A stretch of DNA of 64,000 bases from a virus: positions 1-64,000 of the IMG/VR virus record IMGVR_UViG_3300010885_039212. One strand, 5' to 3'. Every line of letters begins with the position of its first letter. The stretch's first letter is position 1. Shown piece after piece: positions 27,681 to 36,998 of the stretch. Under the pieces are notes generated by a model. That model was not told the DNA's origin and did not search any database. It saw only the letters and a list, made by a program, of their open reading frames with translations. Both the position numbers and the translations under genes were made by a program.

Positions 27681-27755
27681 TCCAGAGTAGCACAGCGGTA
27701 GTGCAGTTGACTGTTAATCAATTGGTCGTAGGTTCGATCCCTGCCTCTGGAGCCA
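27681..27755 (+). tRNA. tRNA-Asn(GTT)
   Basis: Loop CT-GTT-AA, CCA. Confidence 0.95.
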
Positions 27756-27760
27756 GTTAT

Positions 27761-27835
27761 CGCAGAGTGGAGAAGTAGTATCTCATCAGGTTCATACCCT
27801 GAAGATCGGTGGTGCGATTCCACCCTCTGCAACCA
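27761..27835 (+). tRNA. initiator tRNA-fMet(CAT)
   Basis: C1:A72 mismatch, loop TT-CAT-AC, CCA. Confidence 0.88.
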
Positions 27836-27840
27836 AACAT

Positions 27841-27923
27841 GCCCCGATGGTGGAATGGTAGACACGCTGGTCTTAGAAGCCAGTGCCTAGTGCGTGAGAG
27901 TTCGAGTCTCTCTTGGGGCACCA
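27841..27923 (+). tRNA. tRNA-Leu(TAG)
   Basis: Loop CT-TAG-AA, variable arm, CCA. Confidence 0.93.
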
Positions 27924-27930
27924 GAATTTC

Positions 27931-28005
27931 GGTGATGTAGCACAGTGGTAGTGCAACTGCTTCATACGCAGTTGGTCGGTGGTTCAAATCCACCCATCAC
28001 CACCA
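27931..28005 (+). tRNA. tRNA-Met(CAT), probably elongator
   Basis: Loop TT-CAT-AC, G1-C72, CCA. Confidence 0.88.
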
Positions 28006-28036
28006 GTCATAAGTAGATAACATTGGAGATTTTTAT

Positions 28037-28255
28037 ATGGATATGGATCAAGCAGCAGTCTTTTTGGCAGGAAGTATTTTAATGTCAGTGGGTGTGCTTG
28101 TTATTGTTGGTGCGGTAGTTGCTATCAATAACATCATACACAGATATTGGAAAAATCTTGGATGGAATTTACTTCCATTTGATTATAGACCAGCAGTGTT
28201 TCTTGATCCAAGTGAGATGAAGAAAGAAGAACCAGTGTTAGAGAAGAAGAAATAA
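28037..28255 (+). CDS. small membrane protein
   Basis: GGAG RBS, one TM. Confidence 0.6.
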   Translation: MDMDQAAVFLAGSILMSVGVLVIVGAVVAINNIIHRYWKNLGWNLLPFDYRPAVFLDPSEMKKEEPVLEKKK

Positions 28256-28257
28256 TA

Positions 28258-28334
<77 letters not shown>

Positions 28335-28347
28335 ATTTAGGTAATGC

Positions 28348-28821
28348 ATGTATACAATAGAACAACATAAAATCGATGATGAAATAATTTCTTCACTAGA
28401 AAGTATTTTAGATTGTTGCGTTGAGTTCAATGAGAAATTGATTCCACTGAACAGTACCTACACCAAAAATGGAATACAAACAGAGAATCTTTGTGGTTAT
28501 AAAAATGTTGATGAAGTAATAACAAAAATCTTAATCAACATAAACCATACAGAGTTGACTTGTAAACATCTGCATATGATATCTTATAACGAAGGTGGTA
28601 TGCAAGAGGTTCACGATCACGCAAAGACTGAAACACATTCTTTCGTGTTGTATCTATCGACTTGTGAAGATGGTGGTGAAACTGTCTTTATAGATGAAAC
28701 TGGTAATGAAGTTTCAGTTCCTCCAAAGAGGGGTAGTTTATTGTTATTTGATTCAAGAATACTGCACTACAGTAAACCCACAAAAAGTAAAAAGAAGGTA
28801 GTTGTTGCAGCATTAATTTAA
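28348..28821 (+). CDS. 2OG-Fe(II) oxygenase
   Basis: HDH, SFVLYL, DGGETVF, PKRGSLLLFDSRILH. Confidence 0.75.
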   Translation: MYTIEQHKIDDEIISSLESILDCCVEFNEKLIPLNSTYTKNGIQTENLCGYKNVDEVITKILININHTELTCKHLHMISYNEGGMQEVHDHAKTETHSFVLYLSTCEDGGETVFIDETGNEVSVPPKRGSLLLFDSRILHYSKPTKSKKKVVVAALI

Positions 28822-28825
28822 ATAT

Positions 28826-28900
28826 GGGTTGTTAGTTTAGTTGGGAAAACACTTGCCTTGCACGCAGGAGTGGGGAGTTCGAATCTCCCACGATCCACCA
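28826..28900 (+). tRNA. tRNA-Ala(TGC)
   Basis: G3-U70, loop CT-TGC-AC, CCA. Confidence 0.93.
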
Positions 28901-28904
28901 ATTT

Positions 28905-28978
28905 GCCCTTTTAGTATAATGGTATTACACCTGTTTTGTAATCAGGTTACGGCAGTTCGATTCTGTCATGGGGCACCA
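28905..28978 (+). tRNA. tRNA-Thr(TGT)
   Basis: Loop TT-TGT-AA, CCA. Confidence 0.9.
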
Positions 28979-28982
28979 ATAT

Positions 28983-29056
28983 ATCTCTCTAGTGTAATGG
29001 CAGCACGTCGGTCTCCAAAACCGCCAGTCGGGGTTCGATTCCCTGGAGGGATGCCA
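28983..29056 (+). tRNA. tRNA-Trp(CCA)
   Basis: Loop CT-CCA-AA, G73 CCA. Confidence 0.9.
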
Positions 29057-29060
29057 TATT

Positions 29061-29134
29061 GCGGGATTAGTTTAATGGTCAAACGAAACCTTGCCAAGGT
29101 TTAGTCACCAGTTCGATTCTGGTATCCCGCTCCA
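29061..29134 (+). tRNA. tRNA-Gly(GCC)
   Basis: Loop TT-GCC-AA, U73 CCA. Confidence 0.93.
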
Positions 29135-29145
29135 ATAAAGTTCAT

Positions 29146-29835
29146 ATGAAACACATAATCACACTTTTATCGTTCGTAGCATTAAACAGTTTTTCTAAAC
29201 CAGTTGTAACTGAATCTTATGTTCTTTATGATGCAGATTCTCATACAACAATAACTGGTAAAGACATGAACGAAGTTAAACCAGTGGCTAGTTTAACTAA
29301 ATTAATGACTGCAATGATCGCAATTGACAGAGGAATTGGTGATAGAGAATCATTTGAGAAACTGCTTATTCGTTCTGATAATGGTGTGGCAGAAAGTCTC
29401 GCAAAGAAATATCCAGGTGGTAAACTAGCATTCATTAAAGCAATGAATACTAAAGCAGAATCACTTGGATTACATTACACTTCATATCATGATCCAAGTG
29501 GTCTCAGTGTTTTCAATCGTAGTACAGCAAAAGAATATGTCTCCGTAGTATTGGAAGCAAACAAGTATCCAATGATTCGAGAGATATCATCGATGCCACT
29601 CAAAAAAATAAAGAATAAAAAACGATCATACGTAATCTACAATACTAATAGTGCTCTACTAAAGGAGTATGAAAATATTGTGATAAGTAAAACAGGGTTT
29701 ACCAGTCATGCTGGTAGATGTCTTGCTTTGTATGTGGAAGAGAAACCTAAGAAGCACATTATTGTGATACTCGGTGAACCAACTCCGCAGAAGAGAGCAG
29801 AAATAGCGAGAGAGTTAATCAATATGACGAAGTAA
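29146..29835 (+). CDS. D-Ala-D-Ala carboxy/endopeptidase (peptidase S11)
   Basis: ASLTKLMT (SxxK), SDN, KTG; signal peptide. Confidence 0.88.
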   Translation: MKHIITLLSFVALNSFSKPVVTESYVLYDADSHTTITGKDMNEVKPVASLTKLMTAMIAIDRGIGDRESFEKLLIRSDNGVAESLAKKYPGGKLAFIKAMNTKAESLGLHYTSYHDPSGLSVFNRSTAKEYVSVVLEANKYPMIREISSMPLKKIKNKKRSYVIYNTNSALLKEYENIVISKTGFTSHAGRCLALYVEEKPKKHIIVILGEPTPQKRAEIARELINMTK

Positions 29836-29845
29836 GGAGATAATC

Positions 29846-30328
29846 ATGCGTCCTATCGACATCAATGAAGTAAAAACATTCATTGAAGCACAAAGTCCAG
29901 AAACAAAAATTTACATTGGGGCTGATTCCGAAAGATTTAATATAGGTAATGATTGGTACGCAGATTATACTTTGGCAATCGTTGTTCACATTAATGGTAA
30001 CAGTGGTTGTAAAATTTTTGGTGAAGTTCAGAGAGAACGTGATTATGATAGAAAGCAGAACAGACCACGTATGCGGTTAATGACTGAAGTCTACAAGATT
30101 GCAGATCTATATTTGAAACTACAAGATGTTCTTGAAGATCGAGATGTAGAAGTTCACCTAGATATTAATCCAAACGAGATGCATGGATCATCTTGTGTGA
30201 TTAATGAAGCAACAGGATATATAAGAGGTATGTGTAATGTGGTGCCATTGGTTAAACCAAATGCATTTGCGGCATCATACTGTGCAGATCGAATGAAAGA
30301 TATTTTGTCAAATAGAATGGTAGCATAA
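29846..30328 (+). CDS. RNase H-like protein (DUF458/YkuK family)
   Basis: IYIGADS, EVHLDIN, AASYCAD. Confidence 0.75.
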   Translation: MRPIDINEVKTFIEAQSPETKIYIGADSERFNIGNDWYADYTLAIVVHINGNSGCKIFGEVQRERDYDRKQNRPRMRLMTEVYKIADLYLKLQDVLEDRDVEVHLDINPNEMHGSSCVINEATGYIRGMCNVVPLVKPNAFAASYCADRMKDILSNRMVA

Positions 30329-30329
30329 T

Positions 30330-30403
30330 GCGGGATTCGTAAAATGGTATTACCTTAGCCTTCCAAGCTAAAGTCGGGAGTTCGATTCTCCCATCCCGCT
30401 CCA
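30330..30403 (+). tRNA. tRNA-Gly(TCC)
   Basis: Loop CT-TCC-AA, U73 CCA. Confidence 0.93.
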
Positions 30404-30417
30404 ATCAAAGGATTATT

Positions 30418-30636
30418 ATGAACGAAGAAGTTACAATAGATGAACCAAAACCAATGTCATTCTCTGAGAAATGGCATGCTGAGAAACTTCTGAAGCGATC
30501 TAAAAAGAAAGCCAAGAAAGCACTGATCGACAAAGGGTATGATCCAACATCAGCCACATCCATGGTAAAGAAAGCACTTAAGAAAATTGTCAATGACAAT
30601 AAACCAGTGAAGAGAGCAGCAGGACGTGGCGGATAA
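30418..30636 (+). CDS. basic hypothetical protein
   Basis: 72 aa ending RAAGRGG. Confidence 0.55.
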   Translation: MNEEVTIDEPKPMSFSEKWHAEKLLKRSKKKAKKALIDKGYDPTSATSMVKKALKKIVNDNKPVKRAAGRGG

Positions 30637-30646
30637 AACCTAATGT

Positions 30647-30934
30647 ATGGAGATGATGATGGACGAATTAACAAAAGCCAAGCACAGCAAGAGAATGCAT
30701 CAAAAAGAAGTCGTGTCAAAGCGAAAAGCAAAGATAGCGAAAGCCCACGGGATACCAGTGGAAAACGCACACGAACTACTAGATCACAGCCCAGTAAGTT
30801 GCTCAAGTCCACTGTGCGTAATGTGTCGAAATCCAAGAAAGACATTCAAGGAATTGACGATTCAGGAACAAAGAAAGTTTCAAAACCCAGACGAAACAAG
30901 AGATCGTCGCAGTAATGGATTAGTAACAGAATGA
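30647..30934 (+). CDS. basic protein with CxxxxCxxC motif
   Basis: CSSPLCVMCRNPRK; start probably at a downstream Met after GGAG. Confidence 0.55.
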   Translation: MEMMMDELTKAKHSKRMHQKEVVSKRKAKIAKAHGIPVENAHELLDHSPVSCSSPLCVMCRNPRKTFKELTIQEQRKFQNPDETRDRRSNGLVTE

Positions 30935-31191
30935 TGCCATTTTTTGTAAGCGTAGACAAAGCCAGAGAACGATCTGATATATGCAGATCTTGCGATAAGT
31001 TCAAAGTAGGATTTTGTACAGAGTGTAATTGTCTTTTAAAATTTAAAGTTGTATTTGCAAATGTCGATTGTCCACTAAACAAATGGACAACTGAAGATCC
31101 AACTGATATTTGTATTCACAATGTAACTGAAGATCTATCCAGTATCGAGGAAAGCACTACATCATGGGATAATTGGAAAGCAATCGAATGA
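30931..31191 (+). CDS. Cys-rich small protein
   Basis: ICRSC...CTECNC...CPLNKW. Confidence 0.6.
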   Translation: MMPFFVSVDKARERSDICRSCDKFKVGFCTECNCLLKFKVVFANVDCPLNKWTTEDPTDICIHNVTEDLSSIEESTTSWDNWKAIE

Positions 31192-31532
31192 ATATAAGTA
31201 CAGAAAGAATCAAGTCTTACTATGACACGATGAGAACACATCAGATTGAAAAGCGCAAGCAACAACTGAACCTGGAACAACGACGTGTAGAATACGATTT
31301 AAAAATGGCAGAGCAACGACGTATCGCAATCAATCGAGAGTTGAATTTTATTGGACAAAACATAGATACATACGCATGAAAACATTATCACAACAAGAAG
31401 CTGAAGTAGTAATACAAATGGGTGAGAAAATCTCAGCCTTAGAAATCGAAGTAGAACGATTGAAAGCCATTATCGCAGAGCTGGAAGAACTACTACAAAG
31501 TAAATAGAAACCAAAAGTATTCATTTTAAATG

Positions 31533-31594
31533 ACCCTACATTTTGTAGGGTTTTTCACATTGGGCTTTACAATAATTCATTAATCCTGTATAAT
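31533..31594 (+). promoter_or_regulatory. early sigma70 promoter with perfect upstream palindrome
   Basis: ACCCTAC-N5-GTAGGGT; TTTACA(31566)-17-TATAAT(31589). Confidence 0.85.
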
Positions 31595-31624
31595 TCTATT
31601 ATGGAATCAAAAAAGGAGTTAAAA

Positions 31625-31816
31625 ATGTTGAAATACGAAACAATGATTGTCAAGTTGGCAAAAATGAAAGCTGGCATTTACTTGAGTGGTGCCTATGGTT
31701 CAGTCGGTACTGAGGTCAAAATGGTTGCCATGATTTACCGTAAAAAAGAATCAACTGTTTCCAAAGATATCGCAACAGTTTATCCAAAGATTTTCCGTAA
31801 AATGGCTGGTTGTTAA
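31625..31816 (+). CDS. early hypothetical protein
   Basis: AAGGAG RBS. Confidence 0.6.
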   Translation: MLKYETMIVKLAKMKAGIYLSGAYGSVGTEVKMVAMIYRKKESTVSKDIATVYPKIFRKMAGC

Positions 31817-31887
31817 AAAACAACGAAGCACTTTACTTTTAATCAATCTTGCAGTATAATTATACTATCGATTTGAAAGGATTAAAA

Positions 31888-32073
31888 ATGCGATTTACTA
31901 CTATTGGTTTTCTGTACTTTATCACTGGTCTATTGGCTTTGTTTGGTGTAGTTGGTGGCTTTGAGACCAGCGATAATCTTACAGTGTTGGAAGTAATTCA
32001 ATTATTTGTAGTTGCACTAGTTGGTATTGCTTCAATGATGGTCGGTGTTTCATATCTAAAGGATGCTGAATAA
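31888..32073 (+). CDS. small membrane protein
   Basis: Two TM segments; own promoter TTTACT-17-TATAAT at 31832-31860. Confidence 0.6.
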   Translation: MRFTTIGFLYFITGLLALFGVVGGFETSDNLTVLEVIQLFVVALVGIASMMVGVSYLKDAE

Positions 32074-32345
32074 TGCGTACAAAAACAATCATCGATGGCT
32101 TTAAAAACAGCCAAAAATTCCGTATCATCTTTAAAGGTGATGGCTCAGAAAATGACGTGGGTTTTTACATGACCATACAGCAAATGACAACTCAGTTTGC
32201 CACTGTAAATGCAAGAGCCATTTGCTGGGATGCGCTATTGCAACTGAATTATCTACGCTATACAGCAAAGCGTAAAGGTGACGCAATACCCAGTGGTTTG
32301 GGAACAACCATTCGTAATAAGCAAGTACAGTTAGATTTAATTTAA
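32073..32345 (+). CDS. hypothetical protein
   Basis: MRTKTIIDGFKNSQKFR. Confidence 0.6.
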   Translation: MRTKTIIDGFKNSQKFRIIFKGDGSENDVGFYMTIQQMTTQFATVNARAICWDALLQLNYLRYTAKRKGDAIPSGLGTTIRNKQVQLDLI

Positions 32346-32353
32346 GGGTTACT

Positions 32354-32962
32354 ATGCATAAGCACTTTGTTATGGCATGTGGGATTTTGTTGGCTCAAAC
32401 AAGTTATTCGATGTGGACTGAGGATAGACATGGTAACACCATTATCCCACCCAAGAAAGAAACACTTAATAAAATCGATTTACAAATTATCAAAGTGGTG
32501 GATAAAAAGCCAAACAAAGGTATTGCAAAGATATCCAACACCAGTTTAAAAGATACAGGTAATCGTATCGTTGGTCAAAGTGATGAAGACGTAAAGTGCC
32601 TTGCATATTCCATCTATCGTGAAGCAGGAAACCTATTATCCCATGATCAATACGCTGTAGGACAAGTTCATATCAACAGACTTAGAGAAGGATCATGGGG
32701 AAATACTCTTTGTAAAGTGGTGTTTGCAAAAGCACAATTTAGTTGGACGTTAGAAAAGAAATTGGTAAAATGGTCAACTTCACAAAGAGATAAATTCTAT
32801 ACAATGGCAAAGTTATTAATCAATGGTGTACGAGTCAAATCATTGGATAATGATCATGTGCTTTGGTACCATGCAAACTACGTCAATCCCAAATGGGCAA
32901 ACAAGAACAAAATCGTGGCCATGGCTGGTCCACATATATTTTACAGAGATATACCACACTAG
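32354..32962 (+). CDS. cell wall hydrolase (SleB/Hydrolase_2)
   Basis: CLAYSIYREA, QFSW, YHANYVNPKW, HIFY. Confidence 0.85.
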   Translation: MHKHFVMACGILLAQTSYSMWTEDRHGNTIIPPKKETLNKIDLQIIKVVDKKPNKGIAKISNTSLKDTGNRIVGQSDEDVKCLAYSIYREAGNLLSHDQYAVGQVHINRLREGSWGNTLCKVVFAKAQFSWTLEKKLVKWSTSQRDKFYTMAKLLINGVRVKSLDNDHVLWYHANYVNPKWANKNKIVAMAGPHIFYRDIPH

Positions 32963-32970
32963 GAGTTAAT

Positions 32971-33273
32971 ATGAGTAAACTAATTGAACTATCAGAAATC
33001 GCCAGAAAATCCGTGCCACAAGGTGTATTGGTGGAAGATTGGATCGAATTATACAATGCAAAATTTGCAGATCTAATCCTACAAGAATGTTATCAAATCT
33101 GTGAACAAGGATCTGCAACTCAAACTACATCAGTAGGTATCATACCTAGACTGAAACAACACTTTCAAAATGATGCAGAATATGAACTAACAACTCATGA
33201 GAAACAAGCAGAGTTTGATAAGGATAGAAACTATTTTTATGATCGTTTTTTCGCTGGACCAGACAATGACTGA
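32971..33273 (+). CDS. hypothetical protein
   Basis: AGGAG RBS; KFADLILQEC. Confidence 0.55.
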   Translation: MSKLIELSEIARKSVPQGVLVEDWIELYNAKFADLILQECYQICEQGSATQTTSVGIIPRLKQHFQNDAEYELTTHEKQAEFDKDRNYFYDRFFAGPDND

Positions 33274-33553
33274 ATTTATTACTCATGACTTTGCAATAGG
33301 TGGAAAAATGGTCTTGGGAACGGCAGAAATGTCAACAGAATTTCATATGATGCTGGAAGATGGAGATCAAACAGCCATTATGCAAGTCAAAGAAAAACTA
33401 ACAAGAGATATGGTATCATATATGCTAGAGAACAAACTGGTTGAATTTACACACTATGATGATCCAGTATCATTAAGTCGGAAGTTAGCAGTTAGAGCAT
33501 ATCTTGCTCCATCAGATCAGGTAAAGATACTAAGATTATCGAATAAAATATGA
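33266..33553 (+). CDS. hypothetical protein
   Basis: MTEFITHD start overlapping the previous gene. Confidence 0.5.
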   Translation: MTEFITHDFAIGGKMVLGTAEMSTEFHMMLEDGDQTAIMQVKEKLTRDMVSYMLENKLVEFTHYDDPVSLSRKLAVRAYLAPSDQVKILRLSNKI

Positions 33554-33726
33554 ATAACAAAGATTATGATGTAGTACTAGATACGCTACAGAAACAAAGG
33601 GATATTCTATGGAAAATGATGATGAATATTATGGATGATATTCGTTTAAAACAAATATATGATATTCGTTTAAAACAAATATATGAATTAGATAAAGCAA
33701 TGGAATTGTGGAAAGAAAGAAAATGA
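33550..33726 (+). CDS. hypothetical protein with internal 8-aa duplication
   Basis: DIRLKQIY twice; ATGA-coupled on both sides. Confidence 0.5.
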   Translation: MNNKDYDVVLDTLQKQRDILWKMMMNIMDDIRLKQIYDIRLKQIYELDKAMELWKERK

Positions 33727-33905
33727 ACGAACGAATTAAAGAACTAATGAAACAAGCAGATTATCCTGCGCCTGAGATTGCTTTACGTGCTCAAAAACTC
33801 GTTGAGTTGATTGTGAGGGAATGTGCTGATATTGCTACAATGAATCAATTTCAATATGATGCTGTTGGTAATTATGTACTAAAACATTTCGGAGTTGAAG
33901 AATGA
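33723..33905 (+). CDS. hypothetical protein
   Basis: MNERIKEL...ELIVRECA...KHFGVEE. Confidence 0.55.
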   Translation: MNERIKELMKQADYPAPEIALRAQKLVELIVRECADIATMNQFQYDAVGNYVLKHFGVEE

Positions 33906-33968
33906 GCCAAGAATATGGTAGTGATCGCTCTATGGTTAAAAACAAAGATTGAGTGTGTCTAGCCACGT

Positions 33969-34307
33969 ATGGGTTCATATCGCCAAAAAACTTGTCCAAC
34001 ATGTGGTGTTACGCATAACAAACGTGGTCCATATTGCTCTAGATCATGTGGAAATTCACGCACATTCACTCATAAAGCACGAAAAAATCTGTCTGAAAAG
34101 ATAACCACACGTTGGTCTACTACTGGAACCAATGAAGACAGAGAAAGAGTTGCCCTTGTTGGTAAATTACAGCTGAAAAAAATGCATAACAAGGATGATG
34201 AGGACTTGCAGCAGATGACTTTGGACGATTTTATGGTGGAACCAGTAGTGGTAAAGTTGCCAAACAACCAATTTGTGCAAGATGGCGACCTTTGGACCGA
34301 AGATTGA
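33969..34307 (+). CDS. Zn-finger-containing hypothetical protein
   Basis: CPTC...YCSRSCGN. Confidence 0.6.
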   Translation: MGSYRQKTCPTCGVTHNKRGPYCSRSCGNSRTFTHKARKNLSEKITTRWSTTGTNEDRERVALVGKLQLKKMHNKDDEDLQQMTLDDFMVEPVVVKLPNNQFVQDGDLWTED

Positions 34308-34440
34308 AAATAAATTTGACATAATTTCGGGTCTGTGGTAAAATAACAGTGTCGGGTTTGATGAAAGAGATAGAAAACCAAAGGTTTACATTCTGGATCG
34401 TGATTTTGAGACGTTTTCATCCCTAGAAGAGAGAGAAAAG

Positions 34441-34502
34441 ACCCTACCATCTGTAAGGTCATGAAGAAAGTGCTTTACAATAAATCAGTCTTCAGGCATA
34501 AT
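34441..34502 (+). promoter_or_regulatory. early sigma70 promoter with upstream palindrome
   Basis: ACCCTAC-N5-GTAAGGT; TTTACA(34474)-17-CATAAT(34497). Confidence 0.8.
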
Positions 34503-34532
34503 TCTATTATGGAATTAAGAAAAGGACTGAAA

Positions 34533-35468
34533 ATGCTGAATACTCTCAAAATCTCTGTTAAGACTGACAAATCTGGTAAATCTGTGATCTTTTTGGGTGA
34601 CAAAAAGGTTACTACTGCTAAAACTGGTCGTGGTCTTGAAGAAGTCATTGAGTTTCATTATCGCAAAATCACTGGTGTAAAAGCACCTTACAACATGATC
34701 ATGGGTGAAACCAAATTGCAAGAACCAAAAAGTGAAAAATTCGACATCAACACTCGATTTGGCTTTGTTGAGAAATTGGTAAACATGGTTGCTACTGGTG
34801 TTCAGCCATCAGCTGTGATCACTGGTGAAGGTGGTCTTGGTAAGACTTACACTGTGACCAAGACTCTTGAGTCAGCTGGTTACAAAGACATTAGCGACCT
34901 TGCTGAATTCCAAGTTGGTACTGTGTTGAATGCTCGCAAGTGCTTTACCATGGTCAAAGGTTACAGTACTCCCAAAGGTTTATATCGCACCTTGTTTGAA
35001 AACAACAAATCAATTATTGTGTTTGATGACTGTGACTCAGTGTTGAAAGACCCAGTTGCGTTGAACCTTCTCAAAAGTGCTCTTGACTCATACGGTAAGC
35101 GTATCATCTCTTGGAATGCAGACATGAAGGATGAGGATCTACCCAGATCTTTTAACTTTGAAGGTCGTGTGATCTTTATCTCTAACATGGAAGAAGGTCG
35201 TATCGACCAAGCCATTCGTTCACGTTCAATGATGATTGACTTGAGCATGACTACCGACCAGAAAATTGACCGCATGGAGCACATCGCGATGTGCAAAGAC
35301 TTTTTGCCTGAGTATGATGCCCAGTGCAAGAAAGATGCTCTAGCACTGATTCGTGAGATCGCCAGCGAGTGCAAAGAAATCACGTTGCGTACTCTGATCT
35401 CTGTAACAAAGGTTCGTGCCAGCAACAAAGACTGGAAAGATTTGGCTACTTATATGTTGACTGCTTAA
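34533..35468 (+). CDS. AAA+ ATPase
   Basis: Walker A GEGGLGKT, Walker B IIVFDD, FISN, AIRSR. Confidence 0.85.
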   Translation: MLNTLKISVKTDKSGKSVIFLGDKKVTTAKTGRGLEEVIEFHYRKITGVKAPYNMIMGETKLQEPKSEKFDINTRFGFVEKLVNMVATGVQPSAVITGEGGLGKTYTVTKTLESAGYKDISDLAEFQVGTVLNARKCFTMVKGYSTPKGLYRTLFENNKSIIVFDDCDSVLKDPVALNLLKSALDSYGKRIISWNADMKDEDLPRSFNFEGRVIFISNMEEGRIDQAIRSRSMMIDLSMTTDQKIDRMEHIAMCKDFLPEYDAQCKKDALALIREIASECKEITLRTLISVTKVRASNKDWKDLATYMLTA

Positions 35469-35478
35469 GGAGAGCATT

Positions 35479-35688
35479 ATGAAGATGATGATTATAGTAA
35501 ATGGTATTAGCTTCTATACTACTAGTACTGCTATTAAACGAGGTGTAGGCAACAATAGTAACATCAATGTAGCAATACAGCAAGTGTTCGCAGACCTACA
35601 CAATGCAATTGGTATTAGCACTAGCATTCGACTGTACGACCATAAGATGCAACAACACAAATACGATATACAATTAAGGAGAATGTAA
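35479..35688 (+). CDS. hypothetical protein
   Basis: AAGGAG RBS. Confidence 0.55.
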   Translation: MKMMIIVNGISFYTTSTAIKRGVGNNSNINVAIQQVFADLHNAIGISTSIRLYDHKMQQHKYDIQLRRM

Positions 35689-35853
35689 TGAAGACGATTC
35701 GTGTGTATAAAATTGTTCACCATTGGATAGATGTTGAAATTGAAGACTTTCTACCAGATGAACATGCAATGGATCTGGCAATGGACCAAGATGAGTGCAA
35801 TTGGGATTCTGAGATTCAAGATGAAGGTTGTTTAACATTGGATGGAGATGAAG

Positions 35854-36045
35854 ATGAGTAAAATGGCTGACTTACACTTAGAGATTACTGACTATCTGGA
35901 CAACACCAAATTTATGATAGACGAGATTGCAAATGCAATTGGTTGTCCCATAGAGTTGGTAGAAGCGTTGGTGGAGCAACGCTGGACTGATATGGTTGAA
36001 GATGCGGTAGAGCCACTGTCGCCTTTTGCAACTTGTAACTCATAA
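35854..36045 (+). CDS. small HTH-like protein
   Basis: MSKMADLHLEITDYL...EIANAIGCPIELVE. Confidence 0.55.
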   Translation: MSKMADLHLEITDYLDNTKFMIDEIANAIGCPIELVEALVEQRWTDMVEDAVEPLSPFATCNS

Positions 36046-36245
36046 TTATACTTGACTTGCAATATAAAGTAAAGTAGAATTGGCTTATGAAAGCCATTTC
36101 GGCACTAGGGACTCCTACGCCATGCCCTAGACTATGACTTTAAAGCATCATCATTCTTTAAAAGGATTCGGAAAATCGCCAAGAGTTTCATTTTCACACT
36201 GGCCAAAAAATTCCGCCAAAAATTTTTTATCACTAAAGGTTCGAT

Positions 36246-36461
36246 ATGATTGATTTGAATAAGTACACTTCTCCTGATGTCGAGGAATCATTCTATAAGA
36301 ATATTCCCATAGAGCATCTACAGACAGTTCAAAAACACTTTGCCTCACGTGCTTCAGGACTACGCTATGTATTTCGTGGACCACGTTATGATGGTACTCG
36401 AGGATTTACCAAGAAATGCGATGCAACTGGCTTTTCCATCTATAAGAAATGTTGGTATTAA
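36246..36461 (+). CDS. hypothetical protein
   Basis: 71 aa, RYVFRGPR. Confidence 0.55.
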   Translation: MIDLNKYTSPDVEESFYKNIPIEHLQTVQKHFASRASGLRYVFRGPRYDGTRGFTKKCDATGFSIYKKCWY

Positions 36462-36794
36462 TATGGCAAATGTAAAGCAAGGTAATCTTACAAGTCCTCC
36501 CCAATGGTGGAAACACCTCAAGGATTGGAAACGTGTGTTTTGGAAATCAGAACGTCAAGAACAAAAGAAAGTGATCAAAAATGAACATTAATTCAATTAT
36601 GGTACAAAACGAATTTGGTATTTGGGTACATGATATCTTTGCCGAGTGGTTATCAGTCCATACCCTTGGAGAGATTATTGATTTGAACCCGATTCATAAC
36701 GCTGTATCAGTTGATATCTTTGCAGTTGCATTAATGGGTATTGCTAATAATGATTGGGGCGGTGCAGGTGGTATATTGGCATTTGGGTATTAAA

Positions 36795-36998
36795 ATGAAT
36801 GACCGAATTATACAACTTTACGATCAAGCTATTGTGATAGAACAAGGTAAAGATTATGTCTGTGGTGAATTGGATCCAGAAAAGTTTGCCCAATTGATTA
36901 TACAAGATTGTACGAATATAATTGCAAATCAAGGTAAATTCTTGGGTTATGTTGCTCTTGAAGAAAAAGTTAAAAAACATTTTGGTATTGAAAAATGA
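36795..36998 (+). CDS. hypothetical protein
   Basis: MNDRIIQL...EKFAQLIIQDC...KHFGIEK. Confidence 0.5.
   Translation: MNDRIIQLYDQAIVIEQGKDYVCGELDPEKFAQLIIQDCTNIIANQGKFLGYVALEEKVKKHFGIEK

Noticed and set aside
30643-30915. Alternative-frame Ser/Lys-rich ORF
   Set aside because: The overlapping frame at 30647 has an RBS, a Cys motif and ATGA coupling to the next gene.
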